A stretch of DNA of 64,000 bases from Candidatus Thorarchaeota archaeon (GTDB lineage Archaea > Asgardarchaeota > Thorarchaeia > Thorarchaeales > Thorarchaeaceae), in the NCBI GenBank assembly GCA_020348985.1, contig CP070761.1, positions 3,068,971-3,132,970 on the forward strand, written 5' to 3'. Numbering within the stretch: the stretch's first letter is position 1; every line of letters begins with the position of its first letter. Shown here one piece after another: positions 27,206 to 35,629 of this stretch. The position numbers were made by a program, and so were the translations under genes. The notes beneath the pieces were generated by a model, which saw only the letters and a program-made list of their open reading frames with translations, searched no databases and was not told where the DNA came from.

Positions 27206-27817
27206 GTGGCGAAAGTTGTGATTGCTGAGTTGAATATCGTTCTGTTACTAGCCTTTGTTTTGATAATGTCGTACTTCTATGTGAAGAGTGTAGGACCGGC
27301 CGCTCTTGAACAGGAGATCGGTGAAGTGGCTTACAAGAAATGTGAGCAATATAGGGTGATTGCAAGCATTCCGTTCTATCTTATAGTACTCAATTACTTA
27401 GTCTACTTCCTTTATCCACTCTCAATTCCTCTACCGAGGCACTTCCCGTGGGACTATAATCTGACAGCAACAGCAGCGACCGCGATTCTGATTCCCAGTC
27501 TCTACCTAATGCTCCGTGGTGTCAAAGATGCAGGGAGGGAAACAATATCGCCACGGAAGGAGCATTCTCTCTACGGCGGTATATATGAAACAATCAGACA
27601 CCCCCAGGCCCTAGGAGAAGTCTGGCTCTATCTTGTCATTGCGCTCTTTCTCAACTCCCCATTCCTCACACTGTTCTCCTTGATCTTCTTCCCGTTGTTC
27701 TATTACTTCTCACTCAAAGAAGAAGACGATCTCGTTATTCGATATGGCCAAACCTATGTTGACTACAAAGAGAAAACGGGGATGTTCCTACCAAAGCGAA
27801 AAACAGAAACTGACTAG
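27206..27817 (+). CDS. isoprenylcysteine carboxyl methyltransferase (ICMT) / phospholipid methyltransferase family membrane protein
   Basis: GIYETIRHPQALGE...L motif characteristic of the ICMT/PEMT family. Five TM helices. GTG start. Confidence 0.7.
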   Translation: MAKVVIAELNIVLLLAFVLIMSYFYVKSVGPAALEQEIGEVAYKKCEQYRVIASIPFYLIVLNYLVYFLYPLSIPLPRHFPWDYNLTATAATAILIPSLYLMLRGVKDAGRETISPRKEHSLYGGIYETIRHPQALGEVWLYLVIALFLNSPFLTLFSLIFFPLFYYFSLKEEDDLVIRYGQTYVDYKEKTGMFLPKRKTETD

Positions 27818-27878
27818 CGAAGAGGAACCGCTATTCTTAAGTTGCACCGACTCTTCGTCAGATGTTTGGTGATGTGTT

Positions 27879-28232
27879 ATGGTCTATTGCGAACATTGTG
27901 GTGCACAGAGCGATGACAGCATGAACTACTGTGGCAACTGTGGGGCTGAGCTCCGTAAGCCACCCCCACCTGCGGCAGTCTCACCGCCGTCTACACCCGA
28001 CAGGCAACGCCGACTCCAAAGGAGACCTGAGAATGAGTGTTTTGGAGTTCCAGGAGGAGGTGTGATCTGCTGGTCACTAGTCGGCATCGTAATGATCACA
28101 TCCGCTATTGGGTGGATGATCGGGATGGATTTCACGTCATTTTGGAACAACTATTTCGGCGCAATAATCGTTGCTACTATTGGATTCATGATAATCGCAG
28201 GCTCCATTATCGACTATCGACGCCGTCACTGA
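27879..28232 (+). CDS. Zn-ribbon membrane protein (117 aa)
   Basis: N-terminal CEHCG...CGNCG ribbon, a Pro-rich linker and two TM helices. Confidence 0.6.
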   Translation: MVYCEHCGAQSDDSMNYCGNCGAELRKPPPPAAVSPPSTPDRQRRLQRRPENECFGVPGGGVICWSLVGIVMITSAIGWMIGMDFTSFWNNYFGAIIVATIGFMIIAGSIIDYRRRH

Positions 28233-28287
28233 AGATTTGTGACTGAAGCATAATCCCCGAATCCTAACCGAGTTGATATCATAGAAT

Positions 28288-29712
28288 CTAGAAGTATCCT
28301 CGGAGCAATGCAAGGACACCTTGGCGTGCCATGTATCTGTAGGCCTTTCTCTTTATCATGTTACTCGAGAAAACGCCCATGATTCGTCTCTTCATAGACC
28401 CATAGAAGCTTCGATAGCAACTGTAGAGCTCCTCTTGCACTTCATCACAGGTAAGATACTCGGTGGGCATTATCGCGTGTATCATATCGTAGTGAGCCCA
28501 GTTGGTGTCCTCAATCCAGTTGTTTTGAACGGCTTCTTCGTAGAGCTCTGTACCTGGAAAAGGAGTGAGTGTCATGAAAATGGCTATGTCAGGGTCAATA
28601 TCGTTCACCCACGCGCGAAGTCCGTTTAGCGATTCGTGTGATTCGTGACGCGCACCGATGATTAGCGTGGCTTGCGCGAAGATGTCATTCTCTCTTAGTA
28701 GTTGCATGGCCTTTTTCGATACGGAAGGCTCTATTCTCTTATTGAACGATTTTAGAGTCTCCGGATTGTGGCTCTCTACACCTGCGAGAATCCACATATT
28801 GCCTGACTCCCTCATTTTTGAAAGAAGAGCTTGGTTCCTCACGATGTCATCGCATCGAGCTTGCATGAACCACATAATGTCCTCGGCAATGCCCCGGCCG
28901 ATAATTTCATCGCACAGCTCGTGTGTTCGAGACCCAAGTCCGAAGTTGTCATCGGTAAGCCAGAAGAACTTCGTTCCGTACCTATTGTGGCAGAACTCAA
29001 ACTCGTCGGCGATGCGCTTTGGTGACTTGGACCTCCATGTTCCCTTCCAGAAACTGGCCTGAGAGCAGAACCTACATTTGTGTGGGCATCCTCTTGAGCC
29101 CTCTATCAGCGCAAATGGTGTGTTTGCACCAGCCATCATCGTAAAGTGATACTTCTTCATGTGTTCTTCCACGAAATCATAGCCAGGAAATGGCAATTGG
29201 TCTAGATTATGAAGCGGTGCGCGATCGGCAGTAGCCACAATGCTTCCATAGTTTCTATAGGTGATTCCGAGGACATCTGAAAGATTCATCCTTCCTTCTA
29301 AAGCCCTAATCACTTCGGTGAGCGTAACCTCTCCCTCACCCCTAACAACAATGTCAATCTCTGGATATGCTTCAAGGGCTTCCCTTGCGAGCGCCGTATA
29401 GTGTTGACCTCCAACAATTGTAATGATCTCAGGATCCACGCTCTTCGCGGTCCAAACAGTACGCAGGCCAGCATACGCATTGCAGGTTGCCAGTGCACTT
29501 GGTGCCACAACATCGGGACGAAATGAGTCAATCCGTTTCTCTATTCCATACCATCCAATACTCTCAGATTGGCAATCCAGAACTTCTATCTCCAGCTCCT
29601 GGTCTTGCGAATAGAGATAGGCTGCCAGATTGAGTATTCCAAGAGGAGGAGGGAGATACTCACCCATCACAAACCAGAATTCCTTTGGTGGTTCGACAAA
29701 CAGGATTCTCAT
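28288..29712 (-). CDS. B12-binding-domain radical SAM enzyme (class B)
   Basis: N-terminal Rossmann-like B12 domain (ILFVEPP...VVAPSA...), then the GSRGCPHKCRFCSQ CxxxCxxC cluster motif. Confidence 0.85.
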   Translation of the reverse strand: MRILFVEPPKEFWFVMGEYLPPPLGILNLAAYLYSQDQELEIEVLDCQSESIGWYGIEKRIDSFRPDVVAPSALATCNAYAGLRTVWTAKSVDPEIITIVGGQHYTALAREALEAYPEIDIVVRGEGEVTLTEVIRALEGRMNLSDVLGITYRNYGSIVATADRAPLHNLDQLPFPGYDFVEEHMKKYHFTMMAGANTPFALIEGSRGCPHKCRFCSQASFWKGTWRSKSPKRIADEFEFCHNRYGTKFFWLTDDNFGLGSRTHELCDEIIGRGIAEDIMWFMQARCDDIVRNQALLSKMRESGNMWILAGVESHNPETLKSFNKRIEPSVSKKAMQLLRENDIFAQATLIIGARHESHESLNGLRAWVNDIDPDIAIFMTLTPFPGTELYEEAVQNNWIEDTNWAHYDMIHAIMPTEYLTCDEVQEELYSCYRSFYGSMKRRIMGVFSSNMIKRKAYRYMARQGVLALLRGYF

Positions 29713-29766
29713 TCCACACCCTCAGCTGCAAAAGAGAGCGATTTGTGGGCGAAGCAAATCGTAGGG

Positions 29767-29780
29767 AGGCGTTAACGCCT
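29767..29780. repeat. perfect 14-bp palindrome AGGCGTTAACGCCT in a long spacer
   Basis: Read directly. Lies 55 nt upstream of the radical SAM start codon. Function unknown (operator or RNA hairpin). Confidence 0.3.
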
Positions 29781-30217
29781 ACTTAACAACTTCGACAAGA
29801 TGAGGGCTTAAGGATAGATCTGGATGTCCGAAATGTTATTGGATTCTGCATAGGCTCGAGCATCGTCTTCATATTGACACACTTGGGTCACACCAAACTA
29901 GGGAAGTAGCATGGCACCTTCTTGTTCTATCTCAATCATGGGTCGTGCAATCTTCGGATGATTTCTACGCATAGCCTTTCTTCATCCGATATTTCCATGG
30001 CTTCTTCTCAGTTGCACTTTCTTTGAGATTTTCACAGACAGATTTCAACGTTAGATGTGTGGTTTTGTACTCGCACTAAACCGAAAACATGGTTTGTGTA
30101 ACACACCGAGTTCGTTAGATTTATATGCAAGAGAAACTATCATCTCTCAGTCAAGGCTCAATGTCTTGATGTCAAACGTGGTTGTTTAGGGCCAGGGGCC
30201 CAATCTGAATTCGACTC

Positions 30218-30243
30218 GGCACCATATCTACAGATATAGTGCC
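30218..30243. promoter_or_regulatory. inverted repeat GGCACCATATCT-AC-AGATATAGTGCC overlapping a TATA-like core
   Basis: 12-nt arms with one mismatch, ending 6 nt before the GGTGAT ribbon-binding-site-like motif and 18 nt before ATG 30261. Candidate operator. Confidence 0.3.
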
Positions 30244-30260
30244 AACCAGGTGATGTGATA

Positions 30261-31202
30261 ATGAAAGTGGTATATCGGAACTACGAGCCAGATCAGGGAC
30301 TTGATGAGATACAAGCCGAAATCTATACTTCTATGTCAGGACTACCCGCCAGAGCGGATCAAATCAGAGGCCGTAATACAAGCAGAGCTCCGGAAATGAC
30401 TCGCTATGCATTTACGGAAGATGGTAAACCTCTGGCATTCATTACCGCCCGGGACTCAACATCAGACACAGGAAGGACCTACATTGGGTATCCTTGGGCT
30501 TTTCCGGAGTGTCCCGAGGAAGTGCGGGAGAAACTCTTCAGCGAGCACATGAAATTCCTGAAGGAGAGAGAGGAAACCAAGGAAATCGGAGTAACGGTAG
30601 TTAGTACCTGCAAGATTGCAGAGCAACAGCTCACCTACTTGCAGGGCAAGGGTTTCACAGAAGAAGACCGCTTTTACTACTTCGACAAGGATTTGGACGT
30701 TAGAGAGGTAAGTAAGTGGAAACTCTCCAAGAATGCGGCATCTTATGAAAGCCGATTGGCCAATCAGAAGGATATTGATACTCTTATCGAGTTGAGTATG
30801 TCAGACCCGTATTTGAAGAATGCATTTCCAAGTGAAGAGGCGTCAAGGATCTACTTCGAAGAGAGAGTTCTCAAAGAGGGGCATGCAATGCTAATCTTCA
30901 ATGGCGACAAGCCAGTTGCGGCAGGTGCCTTGTTGCGAATGCAGCCGAATGGTTTGTTCCTCAGGGGCGACGAAGAGAGAATCGTAATGAGGTTCACGGC
31001 CAACAATCCAGAATACTCTGATGCATGGAATAGGCTTGTGTACGAGCTGGCCAAGGAGGCCAAGGCTGCAGGATGGTCTGAAGTGCCGCTTAGAGTCAGT
31101 TTCTACTTCCGCACTAGAGATCCTAACGCGGCCCGAATGTCAGGTTTGCAAGAGGAAATCGTCGAGTTCGAGAAAATCTTAGTCTATCAAGGGCAGAAGT
31201 GA
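30261..31202 (+). CDS. hypothetical protein, possibly two-domain GNAT-like acyltransferase
   Basis: ATG 30261 with GGTGAT 6 nt upstream (the ORF is open from GTG 30255). The C-terminal half has a GNAT-like beta-alpha pattern, which is weak. Confidence 0.45.
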   Translation: MKVVYRNYEPDQGLDEIQAEIYTSMSGLPARADQIRGRNTSRAPEMTRYAFTEDGKPLAFITARDSTSDTGRTYIGYPWAFPECPEEVREKLFSEHMKFLKEREETKEIGVTVVSTCKIAEQQLTYLQGKGFTEEDRFYYFDKDLDVREVSKWKLSKNAASYESRLANQKDIDTLIELSMSDPYLKNAFPSEEASRIYFEERVLKEGHAMLIFNGDKPVAAGALLRMQPNGLFLRGDEERIVMRFTANNPEYSDAWNRLVYELAKEAKAAGWSEVPLRVSFYFRTRDPNAARMSGLQEEIVEFEKILVYQGQK

Positions 31203-31221
31203 ACTCATAGTCTTCCAGGAG

Positions 31222-31860
31222 GTGCTTCAAATCATGGCAAAGCCGGCGGAGAAGAGTGTGATTGGGATAGTGGGAAGCCCACGTGTACGTGGTAATACGG
31301 ATCTTCTCGTTGAAGAGATTCTGGCAGGGGCGGCAGAAGCTGGAGCAGAAACGGAAAAGATCATTCTGATTGACCATTCCATTGCCGCATGCAAGGCATG
31401 CAATGCCTGCAGAACGACTGGGAGCTGTGCTCATGATGATGACATGAGCTCAATATTGGATCGAATGGACAAGAGCAACGTATGGGTTCTGGGAACTCCG
31501 ATCTATTGGTGGGGACCAACAGCCCAATTCAAGACATTTATTGATCGATGGTACGGCGCAAAACACCCGCGATTCCAGGAGAAACGTGTTATCCTCGCGA
31601 TACCTTTGGGTGGGGGGCATGAGCGTTACGCCCGACACGTAGTTGGAATGCTGCAGGACACAATGAACTATCTTGGGATGGAACATCACGGGACTATACT
31701 TGCACCGGGTATGAACAATAAGGGTGAGGTCCAAGAACATGTTAAGCTGATGGCCGAGGCACGTCGTCTTGGTCGTTCAGCATTTGATTCTGACGAGGTA
31801 GGTCTCCCAACTACAGAGCTGACTGCAGATTCAGGTCTGTCAGCAAACGACGTTCACTAG
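31222..31860 (+). CDS. NAD(P)H-dependent FMN reductase / iron-sulfur flavoprotein-like
   Basis: IGIVGSPRVRGNTDLL flavodoxin-like start, a Cys cluster CKACNACRTTGSC and GTPIYWW. Confidence 0.75.
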   Translation: MLQIMAKPAEKSVIGIVGSPRVRGNTDLLVEEILAGAAEAGAETEKIILIDHSIAACKACNACRTTGSCAHDDDMSSILDRMDKSNVWVLGTPIYWWGPTAQFKTFIDRWYGAKHPRFQEKRVILAIPLGGGHERYARHVVGMLQDTMNYLGMEHHGTILAPGMNNKGEVQEHVKLMAEARRLGRSAFDSDEVGLPTTELTADSGLSANDVH

Positions 31861-32095
31861 AGTCATTTTGGATTGATACTAGAAAGGTTTCCAGTCTTCG
31901 TGTTGGACCAGCTATCAGTTCTATTCAATCCCTGTAGCTGCCTTCTCTATATTTCCCATCTAATGAACCGTTCACTCTAAAAAGGGAATCAAGAAAGAGA
32001 ACTTGATTCAAGAGCCATGCGCTGACAATATATATCATCTACAGGTCCTCAGGATTCTGAGCGCCCGGACTTTGAGTCAAGATGGAGGGCCCACC

Positions 32096-33706
32096 ATGCA
32101 GGGAGAGAGAGACCCCTCACATGAACGTAAAGTGTTCCGCCTCTTGGCAGAGGCTGCGCTTAGGCCAAGCTGCACGCGGGATGTGTGCCATCAAGTCTTG
32201 GATGGAATGGTAACATCAATGGAATTTGATTTTGGGACACTACGGTTCTACGACGAGAACACTGAAGTCCTCAATTTGCAGGCAGTAGTTGGTCTTGAAA
32301 TGGACTCTGTGTCCAAAACCGTCCGACTTGATGACAAGGATCATTTGGGGGCCAGGGTATCCAGAACAAAAATCCCAATCTTCGCTTCTGACGTGAGCAA
32401 GATGCCCGAACTCGACGCGAGGAGAGACATCCTCGATTCATTGGAGGTGAGGTCTCTAATCTTCTGGCCGATTGTGGGGAGCCTAGGCGATTTGCTGGGA
32501 GTTCTCAATATCGCATCTAGATCTCCGAAGAATCTATCGGATCAAGATCGAGGATACTTTGAAACAGTCGCACGGATGTTCGCTGCAGTTCTTGAGAGGC
32601 ATCGAGCAATTGAAGCGCTACAAAGCAGCGAGGAGAGTTATCGCTTACTTGCTGAAGCGTCGAAGGACGTCATTTGGACAGTTGACATGAATCTGCAATT
32701 CACGTATCTTAGTCCATCAATCACGCACCTTGTAGGGTATACGCCTGAAGAAGCATTGGCCACACCAATGACAGAATTGATGACGCCGAAATCGCTAAAG
32801 CACATTCAGGATGCAATGACAGAAGCTATTGAGTTGGAGTCCCGCTTTGGCAAAGATGGGTATGATTCGCCACCTTTGGAAGTCCAGATGTTGAAGAAAG
32901 ATGGTTCAACAGTCTGGGTTGAGATATCAAGGACATTCCTTCGAGATGAGAATGATCGCCCTATCGGTGTTCTCGGCGTCGCAAGGGACGTTACGAGAAG
33001 GAAATTCGTCGAGATGGAATTGAAAAGAGAGAAGGGCAGAGCAGAGTTTTACAACGACCTTCTAGCACACGATCTAGCGAATATCCAACAAGGAATAATG
33101 GCAAGTCTCGAGCTTCTATTTGAGGAGGCAATGCCAAAGCACTTGGAACGCTTCGTGTCAAGCGCCCTTTCATTAACCAAACGGGGAGTCAAGTTGACGT
33201 CGAACGTGAAGAAGCTGGCCATGTTGTCTAGAGAGGAGGCTCAGCTACACAAACTCAATTTTGGAGCCCAAGTCTCGGCAGCAGCTGACATGGTATTGGA
33301 GTCGTTTCCCGAGAAGAGAGTGGATATTCGATTCCACTCTGCTTCTGACAACCTTTACGTAATGGCTGACGAGTTCCTAGTCGATGTCTTCTACAACCTA
33401 CTTCACAATTCCGTTAGGCTTGACAATGGATCACCTGTAGTTGTCGAAATACGAGCCAGCAACCCAGATGAGCGCGGCCTGATTACTATTGAAGTCGAAG
33501 ACAGAGGACCTGGGATTCGAGATGCACTCAAAGAATCTGTCTTTGCTCGTATAGGCGAGGAGGAGAGGAGAGGGAGAGGACTAGGTCTGACTCTAGTGAA
33601 GCAGATTATCGAGCGGTACAAAGGAATGATTGCAATAGAAGACAGGGTCAAAGATGATTACACCCAAGGCACAAGATTCGTTATCTCCTTGCCTAGCGCT
33701 CCTTGA
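32096..33706 (+). CDS. GAF-PAS sensor histidine kinase
   Basis: PAS (SEESYRLLAEASKDVIWTVD), H-box FYNDLLAHDLANIQQG, N-box LLHNSVRL, G1 VEDRGPGI and G2 GRGLGLTLV. ATG 32096 is preferred over TTG 32003. Confidence 0.85.
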   Translation: MQGERDPSHERKVFRLLAEAALRPSCTRDVCHQVLDGMVTSMEFDFGTLRFYDENTEVLNLQAVVGLEMDSVSKTVRLDDKDHLGARVSRTKIPIFASDVSKMPELDARRDILDSLEVRSLIFWPIVGSLGDLLGVLNIASRSPKNLSDQDRGYFETVARMFAAVLERHRAIEALQSSEESYRLLAEASKDVIWTVDMNLQFTYLSPSITHLVGYTPEEALATPMTELMTPKSLKHIQDAMTEAIELESRFGKDGYDSPPLEVQMLKKDGSTVWVEISRTFLRDENDRPIGVLGVARDVTRRKFVEMELKREKGRAEFYNDLLAHDLANIQQGIMASLELLFEEAMPKHLERFVSSALSLTKRGVKLTSNVKKLAMLSREEAQLHKLNFGAQVSAAADMVLESFPEKRVDIRFHSASDNLYVMADEFLVDVFYNLLHNSVRLDNGSPVVVEIRASNPDERGLITIEVEDRGPGIRDALKESVFARIGEEERRGRGLGLTLVKQIIERYKGMIAIEDRVKDDYTQGTRFVISLPSAP

Positions 33707-33765
33707 TCTATATAGCAATCAGTCTTCAGTACATTGGCGCCCACTGTTTTATATCATAAATGTAT

Positions 33766-33795
33766 CCGGCTTCGCGCCGGGAACCACGAAGCCGG
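33766..33795. terminator. 9-bp-stem hairpin in the convergent spacer (CCGGCTTCG...CGAAGCCGG)
   Basis: Read directly. Lies 60 nt after the kinase stop and is preceded by CTGTTTTATAT. Confidence 0.3.
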
Positions 33796-33916
33796 TAGTG
33801 AGGAAGAGAAAGTGATTTGCTATCTTAAGTAGAGTCGTGAACTGAATTCGATCTCTTCTTCACAAATCAGTTCACCGCAAATGATTATCAGCAAGATATT
33901 AGTATAAAACAGCATT

Positions 33917-33938
33917 TCAACGCAAGAAGTTGCGTTGA
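33917..33938 (-). terminator. hairpin TCAACGCAA-GAAG-TTGCGTTGA directly after the minus-strand gene stop
   Basis: Perfect 9-bp stem with a 4-nt loop, 6 nt downstream of the stop at 33945. Followed on the minus strand by ...GCTGTTTTATACT. Confidence 0.4.
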
Positions 33939-33944
33939 CCGAAG

Positions 33945-35096
33945 CTAGCCTTCAATCACGATTAATGGAACGAGCATTTCGTCTTCACTGGCTCCGCCGT
34001 GATGACCGACCAATCCAGGCATCTCGGATCCAGGGAAGAGACTGACCATGGCATAGTTCTCTTTGTATACCATGGCGTAGTCCCCAATTCGATTGTGAAG
34101 CCTAGGGTTTGGTTCATAGAGGCCAAACCAGTTTTCACGAACCAGTTCGTCACTTCTAAACAAATGGCAGGCATCGGATAGATTCTTGGAGACATATCTC
34201 TCGAAGTCATCTACTTTGAAGGGTCTTACATAGCAGAAAGATGTCCTTGTATCGCCGCAAATTGGGTGAGAGAGGCACTCCTCCAACTTTGGGTGTCCTT
34301 TGGTTGATAGGAAATTGTCCTTCTCCACGTCCACGAATCCATGATCACTCGTGATGACTAACGTAACGTTATGCTCGCCGAGCTTCTCCACGAATTCCCT
34401 CAACGCGTTGTCGAAAATGCCCAGGATTTCCTTAGCTTCATCGCTTTTGTTCCCGACAATATGGGAAACTTCGTCAAATGAAGGCCAGTAAGCATAGACG
34501 TATTTCCTGTTGTCACTTGAGCCTAGCACAGCCTCGATGCAAGTGAAGAGCCCCTCCATCTCAGAGTAGCCAACCCGTCCTCCATCTCCTGCCATGAATC
34601 TCGAAAACTCAGAATCTATTATATTGGCTGTACTGATAATCGAGTATTCTCTTCTGGCAGAGTGAGTCAAAGGTCTCACATTAAGTACGTTGGAAATGTC
34701 TGTGCCAAGTGGATCATAGTTGATAACGCTGCTGAACGGCATTATCCTTGACACAATGCCATACTCCCTTAGATACATCCACCAGCCAGTAACGGCATGC
34801 TGCTGAGGTGCCAGACCAGTCATGTACGTCGTCACGGCCGACGAAGTGGAAGGAGGGAACACGGATGTGATTGATCCTTTGAGATTCTCCTTGAGAAATG
34901 TCCTAGACCCATTCTCAACGAGGTGCTTGTAACCAAGCCCATCCAGAATCAAGAGGACAATGGAGTCTGAATCATTGAGATTGGCCAGCGAGTCATGTTC
35001 CATCTCAACATAGGGGCTTTCTACACCTGACGCTCTTAGAATTGAGCTCATCAGGTTAACGATGCTCCCACCGTTGAAATCAGGCTTGACGAGCAT
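33945..35096 (-). CDS. alkaline phosphatase superfamily protein (type I phosphodiesterase/nucleotide pyrophosphatase-like)
   Basis: LLILDGLGY near the N-terminus, VITSDHGF and GHHGG metal-site-like motifs. Confidence 0.6.
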   Translation of the reverse strand: MLVKPDFNGGSIVNLMSSILRASGVESPYVEMEHDSLANLNDSDSIVLLILDGLGYKHLVENGSRTFLKENLKGSITSVFPPSTSSAVTTYMTGLAPQQHAVTGWWMYLREYGIVSRIMPFSSVINYDPLGTDISNVLNVRPLTHSARREYSIISTANIIDSEFSRFMAGDGGRVGYSEMEGLFTCIEAVLGSSDNRKYVYAYWPSFDEVSHIVGNKSDEAKEILGIFDNALREFVEKLGEHNVTLVITSDHGFVDVEKDNFLSTKGHPKLEECLSHPICGDTRTSFCYVRPFKVDDFERYVSKNLSDACHLFRSDELVRENWFGLYEPNPRLHNRIGDYAMVYKENYAMVSLFPGSEMPGLVGHHGGASEDEMLVPLIVIEG

Positions 35097-35206
35097 GTGC
35101 TCTGATTGGGAACCATGCTTATAGTAGATTCCTATTTTGTGCCACGAGAATCGTATTGTTTATATGCAGTCACGTGATATGTAATACGTAACAGTATTAC
35201 AAACCG

Positions 35207-35599
35207 GTGAACGAACTGACTACACTTCAATCAATCCAACTCGTTTGTCCAAACTGCAGCACTCAGCTTTCGATTGTATATCCTGCGTCAATATGCACTT
35301 GGCTCAATCCCGATATGGTTCGTCAATTGCTGACTCGTGAGGGCTTCTCTCAGCAATGCGAGGGATGTGGCAGTGCCATCCATCTGCAAGGACATATTCT
35401 TGTCAATGCTCCATCTGGCATGTTCTGGATGGACCTTGGACTGGACATGGAATCCAGGAGGAGAATCCTCTTTCAGAATCGTGTGATCGATGATAAGGGA
35501 AACGTCGTTCAATCGGGTCCTGATGACAGGAACAGTGTGGCTGACAATGGGCAAGATACGCATGTACGTGATAGATCAGAACCTGACTACTACGTATAA
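35207..35599 (+). CDS. CpXC-like Zn-ribbon protein
   Basis: CPNCS ... CEGCGS pair. GTG start. Confidence 0.45.
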   Translation: MNELTTLQSIQLVCPNCSTQLSIVYPASICTWLNPDMVRQLLTREGFSQQCEGCGSAIHLQGHILVNAPSGMFWMDLGLDMESRRRILFQNRVIDDKGNVVQSGPDDRNSVADNGQDTHVRDRSEPDYYV

Positions 35600-35629
35600 A
35601 GGCAATAACGTCGAGCGGACATCTCTGGC

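Noticed and set aside
29911-29998. Two tiny ORFs (16 aa MAPSCSISIMGRAIFG on plus; 20 aa MEISDEERLCVEIIRRLHDP on minus) as possible RiPP precursors for the radical SAM enzyme
   Set aside because: No convincing ribosome-binding site, no leader/core organisation, no associated protease or transporter, and such short ORFs arise by chance. Only conservation or peptidomics could rescue them.
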